The position numbers and the translations under genes are program-made. This document shows positions 1-6,224 of a stretch of DNA of 40,582 nt, one piece after another (the stretch's first letter is position 1; the number at the start of each line of letters is the position of its first letter). The notes beneath the pieces were generated by a model that was not told the origin of the DNA, ran no database searches, and worked only from the letters and a program-made list of their open reading frames with translations. The stretch lies in the IMG/VR virus record IMGVR_UViG_3300023103_000002, positions 1 to 40,582 of that record; one strand, 5' to 3'. The stretch is from a virus.

Positions 1-127
1 GCTGCATCCTGCGTGACTGGCGGGGCGGCGTAGAGGGGTTTTTCTCCAGAAAGGTCTAATTTCTGATATGAAAACAGTTCTTTCTCGCCCATGCCGTAGG
101 GGTATAAATAAGCAAAAGGCTTCTGCT
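1..127. repeat. Exact 127-bp direct repeat of the window ends, copy 1 (identical to 40456-40582). It marks a circular or terminally redundant 40,455-bp genome.
   Basis: Bases 1-127 (gctgcatcctgcgtgactgg...aaaaggcttctgct) recur base for base at 40456-40582. Confidence 0.97.
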
Positions 128-260
128 TCATCGCTTCCGCATAAGCGCGGGCGGCTTTGTATATCTCACGCAAAGCACAATTACGGGCAAGATTTGGTTG
201 ATCTGATTGCTGATTTTCTATTAGATAAAGGGCGGCTTCCAGCTGTTCAAGTTCTGTCAT
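1..260 (-). CDS. Hypothetical early protein, N-terminal part. The gene wraps the window junction and continues at 40350-40582 (121 aa when joined).
   Basis: ATG at 260-258 with AGGAA 9 nt upstream. Translating the minus strand from 260 reads MTELEQLEAALYLIENQQSD...YPYGMGEKELFSYQKL, which runs in frame into the ORF-track protein 40350-40547 through the 127-bp overlap. Confidence 0.6.
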   Translation of the reverse strand, partial: MTELEQLEAALYLIENQQSDQPNLARNCALREIYKAARAYAEAMKQKPFAYLYPYGMGEKELFSYQKLDLSGEKPLYAAPPVTQDA

Positions 261-274
261 TGCTTTGGTTCCTA

Positions 275-556
275 TCATGATTTTCTAATCTCTTCCCAGT
301 TTAAATTCTCGGCCAGCGTTTCGTAATAGTGTAACTCAGCGGCGGCTTTGGCAGTTTCAATACTTTTATAAATGCCTATAGCGGTAGAATTTATTTTAAG
401 ATGAAATTCTACACCGTAACGAATTATATAATAATCATGATTTATTCCCGCTGAGTCTGATTTGCCCCACCTAAGAGGCTTAAATATCCGCTTGCAGATT
501 TCAATTTGTTCGGGTGTCATAGGCTCACCATAAATCTTCGGAAAAAAGCTCATCAC
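275..556 (-). CDS. Hypothetical protein (93 aa)
   Basis: Open frame in the co-oriented minus-strand gene chain. The start is ambiguous (Met codons at 556, 553, 520). Confidence 0.6.
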   Translation of the reverse strand: MMSFFPKIYGEPMTPEQIEICKRIFKPLRWGKSDSAGINHDYYIIRYGVEFHLKINSTAIGIYKSIETAKAAAELHYYETLAENLNWEEIRKS

Positions 557-797
557 CCCATTGCAATGAACCAGTTAGTGTTTGGTTATTAGCTAAGGCA
601 ATCTGTCCACCTTCTCTACGATTAACGTAGCGCCCCGTAGAGGTGAGGAAACCTTGCCTATCAGGTCGAATAATTATTTTATTTAATTGCTGTAATGCTT
701 TCAAAACATCTCCATGCCTTGCTGGTGCGGGTAAACTTGCGATTACCCCCTTAATATTTATTGCAACTGATACTATGCGTTCTTTCGTATCCATCAC
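525..797 (-). CDS. Hypothetical small phage protein (90 aa)
   Basis: The ATG forms an ATGA overlap with the stop of the upstream gene at 794-797. The sequence is non-repetitive (GFLTSTGRYVNRREG...SEDLW). Confidence 0.7.
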   Translation of the reverse strand: MMDTKERIVSVAINIKGVIASLPAPARHGDVLKALQQLNKIIIRPDRQGFLTSTGRYVNRREGGQIALANNQTLTGSLQWGDELFSEDLW

Positions 798-1183
798 AAC
801 AGCCCCCGCTCTTTGCGCATTGCGTCAAGGTCTAAGAGGCTGTCTTCAGGGGCAACCGTGCCGATTTTGAGGGAGGCGAATATATCTGCAAGGTTCCCAG
901 TGTCTATCCATTGCTTAAATGCAGCATTCCACCTTGGCCGTTTGTGGTAAAGCATAACCTCACCGTTATCATCTCGCGCCATCCACTTGTAATCACCATG
1001 CACCGCCACCACGTCGATAAAATCGGGGATTAGCTCAACGGGTTTGATGCGGTAGTCGTAATTTACCCAATCCCATCTGGGAGGATTAGCGTTGTTCCAA
1101 AGTCCAGAATAACCTTTTATCTCAATCTCTGCCCCATCCTTAGCGGCTTGCATAACGGCGATCATTTCTTCAAGTTTTTTCAT
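794..1183 (-). CDS. Hypothetical protein (129 aa from the preferred start)
   Basis: The ORF track gives 794-1219. The ATG at 1183 forms an ATGA overlap with the upstream stop (1180-1182) and has AGGA about 9 nt upstream. The ATG at 1219 has no SD. Confidence 0.65.
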   Translation of the reverse strand: MKKLEEMIAVMQAAKDGAEIEIKGYSGLWNNANPPRWDWVNYDYRIKPVELIPDFIDVVAVHGDYKWMARDDNGEVMLYHKRPRWNAAFKQWIDTGNLADIFASLKIGTVAPEDSLLDLDAMRKERGLL

Positions 1184-1392
1184 TTGTGGAAATCCTGTTT
1201 TGAGATAATTAAAGCCCATCTGAATAAATTGAACTTATAGTGCCACTGTCCCTTCCTAACGTATGGCGGGATGTAAAACCTATTCCCGTTTCTACGACCT
1301 ACAGATACACTCCAATGCCATGTTGGTGATGATTTTGGGTGTCTTGTGTAAATAATCAGAGAACCGTCACTTGCTCTTTGAAATAGCGTCAT
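1180..1392 (-). CDS. Hypothetical protein (70 aa from the preferred start)
   Basis: The track ORF 1180-1488 would overlap the upstream gene by 100 nt. The internal ATG at 1392 gives an ATGA overlap with the stop at 1389-1391. Confidence 0.5.
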   Translation of the reverse strand: MTLFQRASDGSLIIYTRHPKSSPTWHWSVSVGRRNGNRFYIPPYVRKGQWHYKFNLFRWALIISKQDFHK

Positions 1393-1586
1393 ATTAACCC
1401 CTTTTCGTTTGCTAGGTGCTCTGGTATGGTAACAATGGCGATTGAACGCTGTTTTTTCTCGATTTCTATTTGCGAGAGAGGTAGCCATACCGCCCCGTCT
1501 TTTTCGCCATCAAGAGAAACAAGCACGGCTTTCTCTGTTTGATGATGAATTACGACTTCAATATCTGTTAAATCCGATTTCATCAC
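1389..1586 (-). CDS. Hypothetical small phage protein (65 aa)
   Basis: Compact ORF whose start overlaps the stop of the upstream gene (1583-1586). Contains TEKAVLV...VWLPLSQIE...IPEHLANEKGL. Confidence 0.7.
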   Translation of the reverse strand: MMKSDLTDIEVVIHHQTEKAVLVSLDGEKDGAVWLPLSQIEIEKKQRSIAIVTIPEHLANEKGLI

Positions 1587-2044
1587 CCGAACCTCTCTCT
1601 GCGCTTGGCAAGGGCAATATCAGCTACATAGCTTGCATGTTGTATGTCATAATAGTCATCTGTATTTGAGGCTACGCAACACGCAATAAACGCCTGATCC
1701 CAGAAGCGTTGCTCATCTGGTGTCACGGATGGGGTGGTAGACTTTTCAGTTGCTTTGCCCCCACCCATTTTGAGCAATTCTTGACCTTCTCGCGCATCTT
1801 TTTGAGCGGGAGTTTCGGCTTCGGGTTCTTTCCATGGGCCAATAATATCTAAACCAGTATTGCCGTCGCATGTACCATCAGGAAAATGAGCGGCTGGCTC
1901 GTATCTTGTCACGTGTTCATTCTCGAAAATATGAGTAAAAAAATTCATTCCCCGCCGATACCTATCTGATATTCCTGAATATTTCGCTTTCCCGCCATTC
2001 CGCGTCTTATAAAACTCTCCGACCTTGAAATTACTTTGCATCAT
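1583..2044 (-). CDS. Hypothetical protein (153 aa)
   Basis: Long ORF in the chain. The N-terminal FKVGEFYKTRNGGKA module resembles the N-terminus of ORF 26040-26870 (EEFYRTREGKKV). Confidence 0.7.
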   Translation of the reverse strand: MMQSNFKVGEFYKTRNGGKAKYSGISDRYRRGMNFFTHIFENEHVTRYEPAAHFPDGTCDGNTGLDIIGPWKEPEAETPAQKDAREGQELLKMGGGKATEKSTTPSVTPDEQRFWDQAFIACCVASNTDDYYDIQHASYVADIALAKRRERFG

Positions 2045-2369
2045 TCAGCGCCTTTTCTGCTTGGATGATGGCGTTATTCGCTTTAATACCAAGTGACGTG
2101 TATTTATGATTATTTAGCGCAGTGCCCGGGGCGTCTTTGCGGAGAGTTGCCGTTAATTCCTTTAAAGCTTCCAGCGCCTCCACGAGCGCGGCGTGGGAGT
2201 TGACGGCTTTGAGTATATAGGCTCCGTCAGATTCTTTGTTCTCTCCGTAGACATCAGCGATAGGTATAAGCATACCATAGGATTGATCGTCTTCTTGGCT
2301 GGTGTATCCAACTTCTAATTTTCTGTTTACCCGCCAAGGCAGAGGGCTGTGCTTAAGTTCTTCTGTCAT
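2031..2369 (-). CDS. Hypothetical protein (112 aa)
   Basis: ORF in the chain. Contains SPLPWRV...AVNSHAALVEALEAL and has no recognisable catalytic motif. Confidence 0.7.
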   Translation of the reverse strand: MTEELKHSPLPWRVNRKLEVGYTSQEDDQSYGMLIPIADVYGENKESDGAYILKAVNSHAALVEALEALKELTATLRKDAPGTALNNHKYTSLGIKANNAIIQAEKALNDAK

Positions 2370-2376
2370 AATTACC

Positions 2377-3054
2377 TCACTTAAAATCTGGGGATATGGT
2401 GGCTAGTACACCGTCGCGAATTTCTTCCCATGCTGCTGCCCATCCTGCTTCCCATCCTGCTGATCGTGCTTCCCCTGCTGCTTCCCATGCTTCCCATCCT
2501 GCTTCCCCTGCTGTCCATGCTGCTGCCCTTACTGTCCATGCTGCTGCTTCCCCTGCTGCTTCCCCTGCTGCTTCTGCTGCTTCCCTTGCTGCCCTTGCTG
2601 CTGTTCTTGCATCGTCAACTGCGCCGCCATTTGCTGACAATTCGTGAAGATCAATCACTTGCTGCACGACCTCTTCCGAAGTCCCCGCGTGCTTATGCGC
2701 CACGCGTAGTATGGCAATCTGGACGCGGTGGTACGCTTTCTGCCAGTCATAATCTTCGGGCAATCGGCCTAGTGCATCTGCTATTTGCTTATGCCACTGC
2801 ACGTCTTGCGGCGATGGGAGCCCCTCAAAAACAGTGTCTTGCAGCCTCACAAGCCATTCTGGATAGTCGAAATACTCAGCGACATTGGCGTGGGGATCAT
2901 TTCGTTCAGGGTCAATATCGTGGGACAAGCAACCCACAGAGCAGCCTTTAAAGCTGCCATATGTCTCACCATAAGTACCTTTAATCAGCATATCCGCTGC
3001 TAAATGCTTTTCAGCCAGTTCGACGTGTAATCTCTTGCGTTCTGCGTAATTCAT
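2377..3054 (-). CDS. Hypothetical protein with a globular N-terminal domain and an acidic Ala/Trp/Glu/Gly low-complexity C-terminal tail
   Basis: 225-aa ORF. About the first 145 aa are ordinary sequence (GCSVGCLSHD motif). The last ~70 aa read AARAAREAAEAAGEAAGEAAAWTVRAAAWTAGEAGWEAWEAAGEARSAGWEAGWAAAWEE. Overlapping plus-strand ORFs here are repeat shadows. Confidence 0.75.
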   Translation of the reverse strand: MNYAERKRLHVELAEKHLAADMLIKGTYGETYGSFKGCSVGCLSHDIDPERNDPHANVAEYFDYPEWLVRLQDTVFEGLPSPQDVQWHKQIADALGRLPEDYDWQKAYHRVQIAILRVAHKHAGTSEEVVQQVIDLHELSANGGAVDDARTAARAAREAAEAAGEAAGEAAAWTVRAAAWTAGEAGWEAWEAAGEARSAGWEAGWAAAWEEIRDGVLATISPDFK

Positions 3055-3085
3055 TTTCTTAAATCCTGATTTTCCTTGTGCGCCC

Positions 3086-3838
3086 TCAAGCCTTTTGCGT
3101 GGGGGCTGCTTCTAATTCAGCGCAGCGGCGAATGTCGGCCATTGCTGTTTCGTTATCTTCATAGAACCGCACCGGTGACACGCGGATTGGTGATGACGCC
3201 TTGTAAATCTGCATAGCGGCGAACGCTGTGTTTGTCTGGGATTCCAGTGCTTTTCCGGCTGCTCCGGCCAAATGGACAACCCAGCCAGCTCGGCAATGTG
3301 TGGTGTCGCATGAGTGCCATGTGTCCATGTCCAGAGCGCCTTCTGCTGAAACGGCTGCAAGAACAGCTTGGTGGATGTTTTCTATGACAGGGGCTTCGAA
3401 ATTCCCTTTCGTATCGAAGCACTCGGAGCAGTGTGAGCAGCGAGAGCAGCGAGAGCAGCCGTAGCAGCCGTAGCAGCGAGAGCAGCGAGAGCAGCCGTAG
3501 CAGCCGTAGCAGCGAGAGCAGCGAGAGCAGCCGTAGCAGCCGTAGCAGCGAGAGCAGCGAGAGCAGCCGGAGCAGCCGTAGCAGCGGGAGCAGTTGGTGC
3601 AGTCGGAGCAGCCGGAGCAGCGGGTGCAGTCGGAGCAGCCGGAGCAGCGGGTGCAGTCGGAGCAGTCGGAGCAGTCGGAGCAGCGGGTGCAGTCGAAGCA
3701 GCGGGTGCAGTCGAAGCAGTCGGTGCAATCCACAAGACTTTCTAGTGCTTCTCTAGCCTTTTCCTTGCTCCCGAAATACGCAAAATAACTCGTATTTCCG
3801 TTCTCGTCTGAATAGTGGTCCTTGTGTTCTGTAATCAT
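3086..3838 (-). CDS. Cys-x-x triplet-repeat protein (250 aa): short N-terminus, 35 consecutive CxX units, then a non-repetitive C-terminal domain
   Basis: This is the only frame that extends through non-repetitive sequence on both sides of the repeat. The N-terminus is MITEHKDHYSDENGNTSYFAYFGSKEKAREALESLVD and the C-terminus contains WHSCDTTHCRAGWVVHLAG. Confidence 0.75.
   Translation of the reverse strand: MITEHKDHYSDENGNTSYFAYFGSKEKAREALESLVDCTDCFDCTRCFDCTRCSDCSDCSDCTRCSGCSDCTRCSGCSDCTNCSRCYGCSGCSRCSRCYGCYGCSRCSRCYGCYGCSRCSRCYGCYGCSRCSRCSHCSECFDTKGNFEAPVIENIHQAVLAAVSAEGALDMDTWHSCDTTHCRAGWVVHLAGAAGKALESQTNTAFAAMQIYKASSPIRVSPVRFYEDNETAMADIRRCAELEAAPTQKA
3437..3580. repeat. 36-bp tandem repeat x4 (one mismatch), followed by a 27-bp unit x2 at 3599-3652 and degenerate 9-bp units up to ~3727
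   Basis: Plus-strand unit GCAGCGAGAGCAGCGAGAGCAGCCGTAGCAGCCGTA at 3437, 3473, 3509 and 3545. The fourth copy has T>G. All period lengths are multiples of 3. Confidence 0.95.
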
Positions 3839-3847
3839 TTCGTTATC

Positions 3848-4033
3848 TCAATCAAAATCTGGTTTAATCGTGCTCGGCCAGCGTGGGCCGTGGTGCTTAT
3901 GATCGTGGCAGGGCTTTAGAGCTTCCCGAGCCAGTGACTTAAGCTCCGGAACCGTGGCCGTATCTTTGGCCTCAGCTATCTTCCTCAACGCTTCCGATCT
4001 GCGCTGGTTGACCAATTTCAGGTTGTGGCACAT
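3848..4033 (-). CDS. Hypothetical protein (61 aa)
   Basis: Short ORF in the co-oriented chain, 9 nt upstream of the next gene. No motif recognised. Confidence 0.5.
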   Translation of the reverse strand: MCHNLKLVNQRRSEALRKIAEAKDTATVPELKSLAREALKPCHDHKHHGPRWPSTIKPDFD

Positions 4034-4320
4034 GGGAATAATCCTTTTCCACTCAGCGCTATTCCCAAGCCGATCTGATCCTGGTTCAACCGCGCCATTC
4101 CTTTTCGGTGTTCGGCCAGCAACTCGGGCATCAAATCAGTTTCTATCGCCTCCAGCGCCTTACGGGCTTCGCTGGCGACATATTCTCGGCGCTCCTGGCG
4201 CTCGACACGCATTCGGAATAATTCCTGCTTGCGGGCTTCTCTGAGCATTCCGCGCATGATCGCGGCCAGGACGCGGCTCTCAATGAGCGGGTCAGGATTG
4301 TGGGGCATTCCAACTTCCAA
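4018..4320 (-). CDS. Hypothetical protein (100 aa), Arg/Glu-rich helical
   Basis: ORF in the chain. Charged helical sequence REARKQELFRMRVERQERREY. Confidence 0.55.
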   Translation of the reverse strand: MEVGMPHNPDPLIESRVLAAIMRGMLREARKQELFRMRVERQERREYVASEARKALEAIETDLMPELLAEHRKGMARLNQDQIGLGIALSGKGLFPCATT

Positions 4321-4336
4321 TCTGATCGTTTAAAAA

Positions 4337-4567
4337 TCACCGTTCAACGACAAACCCGAACACGTTAACCGGAGCACGGTTTTCGTCGTATCTGGATACG
4401 ATAACCCGATCACCGCGCATGCAGGCCAGCAATGCGTAATCGCGGGACATGCTGATTGCCGCTGTGTCATTTGCCATGTGCGACTTGATCCCCATCGAAA
4501 GGCGGCCGTCACGCACAACGTCGATTGCAAATTCCGAGTTTTCATATTTTGCGGGACGCTGTGTCAT
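4337..4567 (-). CDS. Hypothetical protein (76 aa from the preferred start)
   Basis: The track ORF is 4337-4621. The ATG at 4567 (MTQRPAKYENSEF) has GGTGAGG just upstream. The longer N-terminal extension overlaps a better-supported small ORF. Confidence 0.55.
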   Translation of the reverse strand: MTQRPAKYENSEFAIDVVRDGRLSMGIKSHMANDTAAISMSRDYALLACMRGDRVIVSRYDENRAPVNVFGFVVER

Positions 4568-4571
4568 CGCC

Positions 4572-4655
4572 TCACCCCGCAACAAATGCCAGCGCCAGAA
4601 CGCCAGAGACAAATAGACCAATGGCGATCAATTCGCCGAACATTCGGATAATCAT
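4572..4655 (-). CDS. Possible 27-aa hydrophobic peptide, first ORF of the early-left operon
   Basis: GGAG then 7 nt then ATG at 4655. Translation is MIIRMFGELIAIGLFVSGVLALAFVAG, a single TM-like stretch. The stop lies 4 nt before the next ATG. Below the ORF-track size cutoff. Confidence 0.3.
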   Translation of the reverse strand: MIIRMFGELIAIGLFVSGVLALAFVAG

Positions 4656-4739
4656 TTCAAATCTCCAAAATGAGAACATCCAAATCACTTTCCACTGTTT
4701 GTTGCGAAAACCGCATCAACGTGTATAAGCATGTATACA

Positions 4740-4767
4740 GTTATATACGTTGTTGTGAGAATGTCAA
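4740..4767 (-). promoter_or_regulatory. Sigma70-like early-left promoter (minus strand): TTGACA-16 nt-TATAAC
   Basis: Minus strand reads TTGACA (4767-4762), spacer ttctcacaacaacgta, TATAAC (4745-4740). Operator-like 15-mers lie at 4754-4768 and 4701-4715. Confidence 0.5.
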
Positions 4768-4776
4768 CAAAAATAT

Positions 4777-5068
4777 TCTTACAAACCTCTTTGTCGCAAC
4801 TTTTTTCTCAAATAACCCTTATATAACAATACTTTATATATAAAATATATTAAAGACAGATAGGTTTGTAAGAGCATATAAACTTTTTTTAATTAGGGGT
4901 AAAAACAGTGTATATACCTGCGGTAAGTATATACATTAAAAATGACCCCTATTTAAAAAAGTGTTGGTGCTCTTACAAACCTATCTGCGCAGGGGTTTTT
5001 CGGCATATCGCGCCAGATAACCCATTAATCGTATTATCTAATTTCGATTGGCAAAGAGGTTTTTAAGA
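4777..5068. repeat. Outer inverted repeat pair (4777-4793 / 5052-5068, 16 of 17 matches) bracketing the inner palindrome. Together they give 4 alternating copies of a TCTTACAAACCT-type motif.
   Basis: tcttacaaacctctttg at 4777-4793. caaagaggtttttaaga at 5052-5068 is its reverse complement with one mismatch. Confidence 0.85.
4857..4987. repeat. 131-bp imperfect palindrome with perfect 20-bp terminal arms
   Basis: cagataggtttgtaagagca (4857-4876) is the exact reverse complement of tgctcttacaaacctatctg (4968-4987). Inner segments also pair (acttttttaaNtaggggt; tgtatatac). Confidence 0.9.
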
Positions 5069-5177
5069 GCATTTTCGACCTCCAATCAGATCAAACAAAG
5101 AACAACAGCAGAACAAATTCTGTGAGTGTTTATACGCGTCAACAGCAATTCGGCGGAAGCAACCATCACATGACACC

Positions 5178-5384
5178 ATGATGAAAATGATAGGTGGAGT
5201 GATGGCCCTAACACCCAAAAGACAAAGGTTCGTGGATGAATATCTCATTGATATGAATGGGACTAAAGCCGCAATTCGTGCTGGTTTCGCGGAAAGTGGC
5301 GCAAGAATCGAGGCGACAAGGCTGCTTGCAAACGCTGCCGCACACAGTTATAATCAAAGACAATCAACACAACTGGACGCTTGA
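5178..5384 (+). CDS. Terminase-small-subunit-like HTH fragment (Terminase_2-type N-terminus only, about 60-68 aa)
   Basis: MALTPKRQRFVDEYLIDMNGTKAAIRAGFAESGARIEATRLLANAA matches the conserved N-terminal HTH of P27/Terminase_2-type TerS as I remember it. The ORF stops where the oligomerisation domain should begin. The start is ambiguous (5178/5187/5202). Confidence 0.55.
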   Translation: MMKMIGGVMALTPKRQRFVDEYLIDMNGTKAAIRAGFAESGARIEATRLLANAAAHSYNQRQSTQLDA

Positions 5385-5417
5385 AAAATACCTCAAGCTC
5401 AAACGAGTTAAAGCGAT

Positions 5418-5588
5418 ATGAAGCCTAACTACTCCCGCCTTAAAGGCATGGGCCAAGAAAGCCTCTTACGGGAGCTTATAAAACTTGCAGCTCTTGGAGA
5501 GAGAATTAAAGAATCAGAATTGAGAGAATGTGTGAGAGAAATTGCACTATCCGCTCAAAGTCATGTTAATCTTCAGGAACAAAAATGA
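5418..5588 (+). CDS. Hypothetical protein (56 aa)
   Basis: Not in the ORF track (<60 aa). From the ATG at 5418 it translates to MKPNYSRLKGMGQESLLRELIKLAALGERIKESELRECVREIALSAQSHVNLQEQK. Its TGA overlaps the next ATG (ATGA at 5585-5588). Confidence 0.45.
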   Translation: MKPNYSRLKGMGQESLLRELIKLAALGERIKESELRECVREIALSAQSHVNLQEQK

Positions 5589-5821
5589 GCTACGATTACA
5601 AAGTAACGCCGAAAACTGACGACACAGTGGATTTGCTCGTTAACGGCAAACACATCACAGTAAAAGGTGACTGGGCTAAAAAGCTCAAAACTAAAGCGCC
5701 TAAGCACACAGACGGATCGCCTCTCGCAGACCATATCCACGACTATGTTAAGCAGGTCGAGTTTCTAGAGCAACGCGATGAAATCAACTTCATCGAAACA
5801 CCGGAAATGGTGAATGACTAG
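5585..5821 (+). CDS. Hypothetical protein (78 aa)
   Basis: ORF coupled to both of its neighbours. Confidence 0.6.
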   Translation: MSYDYKVTPKTDDTVDLLVNGKHITVKGDWAKKLKTKAPKHTDGSPLADHIHDYVKQVEFLEQRDEINFIETPEMVND

Positions 5822-6224
5822 CCCCGACGAGCGTAAAGAACAAGTAACCCAAATCATCAAAATGATGGATGAAGGTGCGTCTGAACGTTCTGCTTGCGAA
5901 AAGGTTGGCATATCAAGAAACACATTCCGCTCTGCTGCTTTAAAGATGAATGCGTCCGACCAATACGCGAAAGCTTGCGTTGCTATTGCTCAAGACCAAG
6001 TAAATAAGATCGAAGAAGCAATAAATGACATGCGCAGTGGAGTTATTGACGCTGCAATGGCAAGAGTAGAGATAGACGCTCGCAAATGGACTGCTTCAAA
6101 ACTCTTTGGTAGACAGTACGGCGAGAAAGTAACCAACGAACACACTGGCGCAGATGGTGGCCCGCTACAAGTGCAGCAAATCGATATGGTAATCATTGAG
6201 CCAAATGCAAAAGCTAAGGGTTGA
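5814..6224 (+). CDS. terS: Terminase small subunit (HTH N-terminus plus conserved KW..SKL....YG.K motif)
   Basis: Lies immediately upstream of, and overlaps, the large terminase gene. ERSACEKVGISRNTFRS is HTH-like. ARVEIDARKWTASKLFGRQYGEK is a motif I associate with phage TerS proteins. Confidence 0.7.
   Translation: MTSPDERKEQVTQIIKMMDEGASERSACEKVGISRNTFRSAALKMNASDQYAKACVAIAQDQVNKIEEAINDMRSGVIDAAMARVEIDARKWTASKLFGRQYGEKVTNEHTGADGGPLQVQQIDMVIIEPNAKAKG

Noticed and set aside
68-280. Plus-strand 70-aa ORF at the window start.
   Set aside because: It lies antisense to the junction-spanning minus-strand gene (260..1), which is in frame with 40350-40582 and has an SD.
2396-2951. Plus-strand ORFs 2396-2647 and 2430-2951 (Ala/Ser/His- and Leu/Pro-rich).
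   Set aside because: They are antisense shadows of the low-complexity tail of gene 2377-3054. They have no SD and run opposite to the whole operon.
3413-3727. The regular short repeats could be mistaken for a CRISPR array.
   Set aside because: The units are contiguous (9/27/36 bp) with no unique spacers. They lie inside a continuous ORF, and no cas genes are present.
3159-3788. Four additional long ORFs across the tandem repeat: 3159-3728 and 3382-3735 on the minus strand, 3433-3756 and 3594-3788 on the plus strand. They encode Leu/Arg-, Ala/Pro/Thr- or Ser/Arg/Glu-rich polymers.
   Set aside because: They exist only because a period-9 repeat lacking stop codons opens every frame. None extends into ordinary sequence on both sides. 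Only the 3086-3838 frame does.
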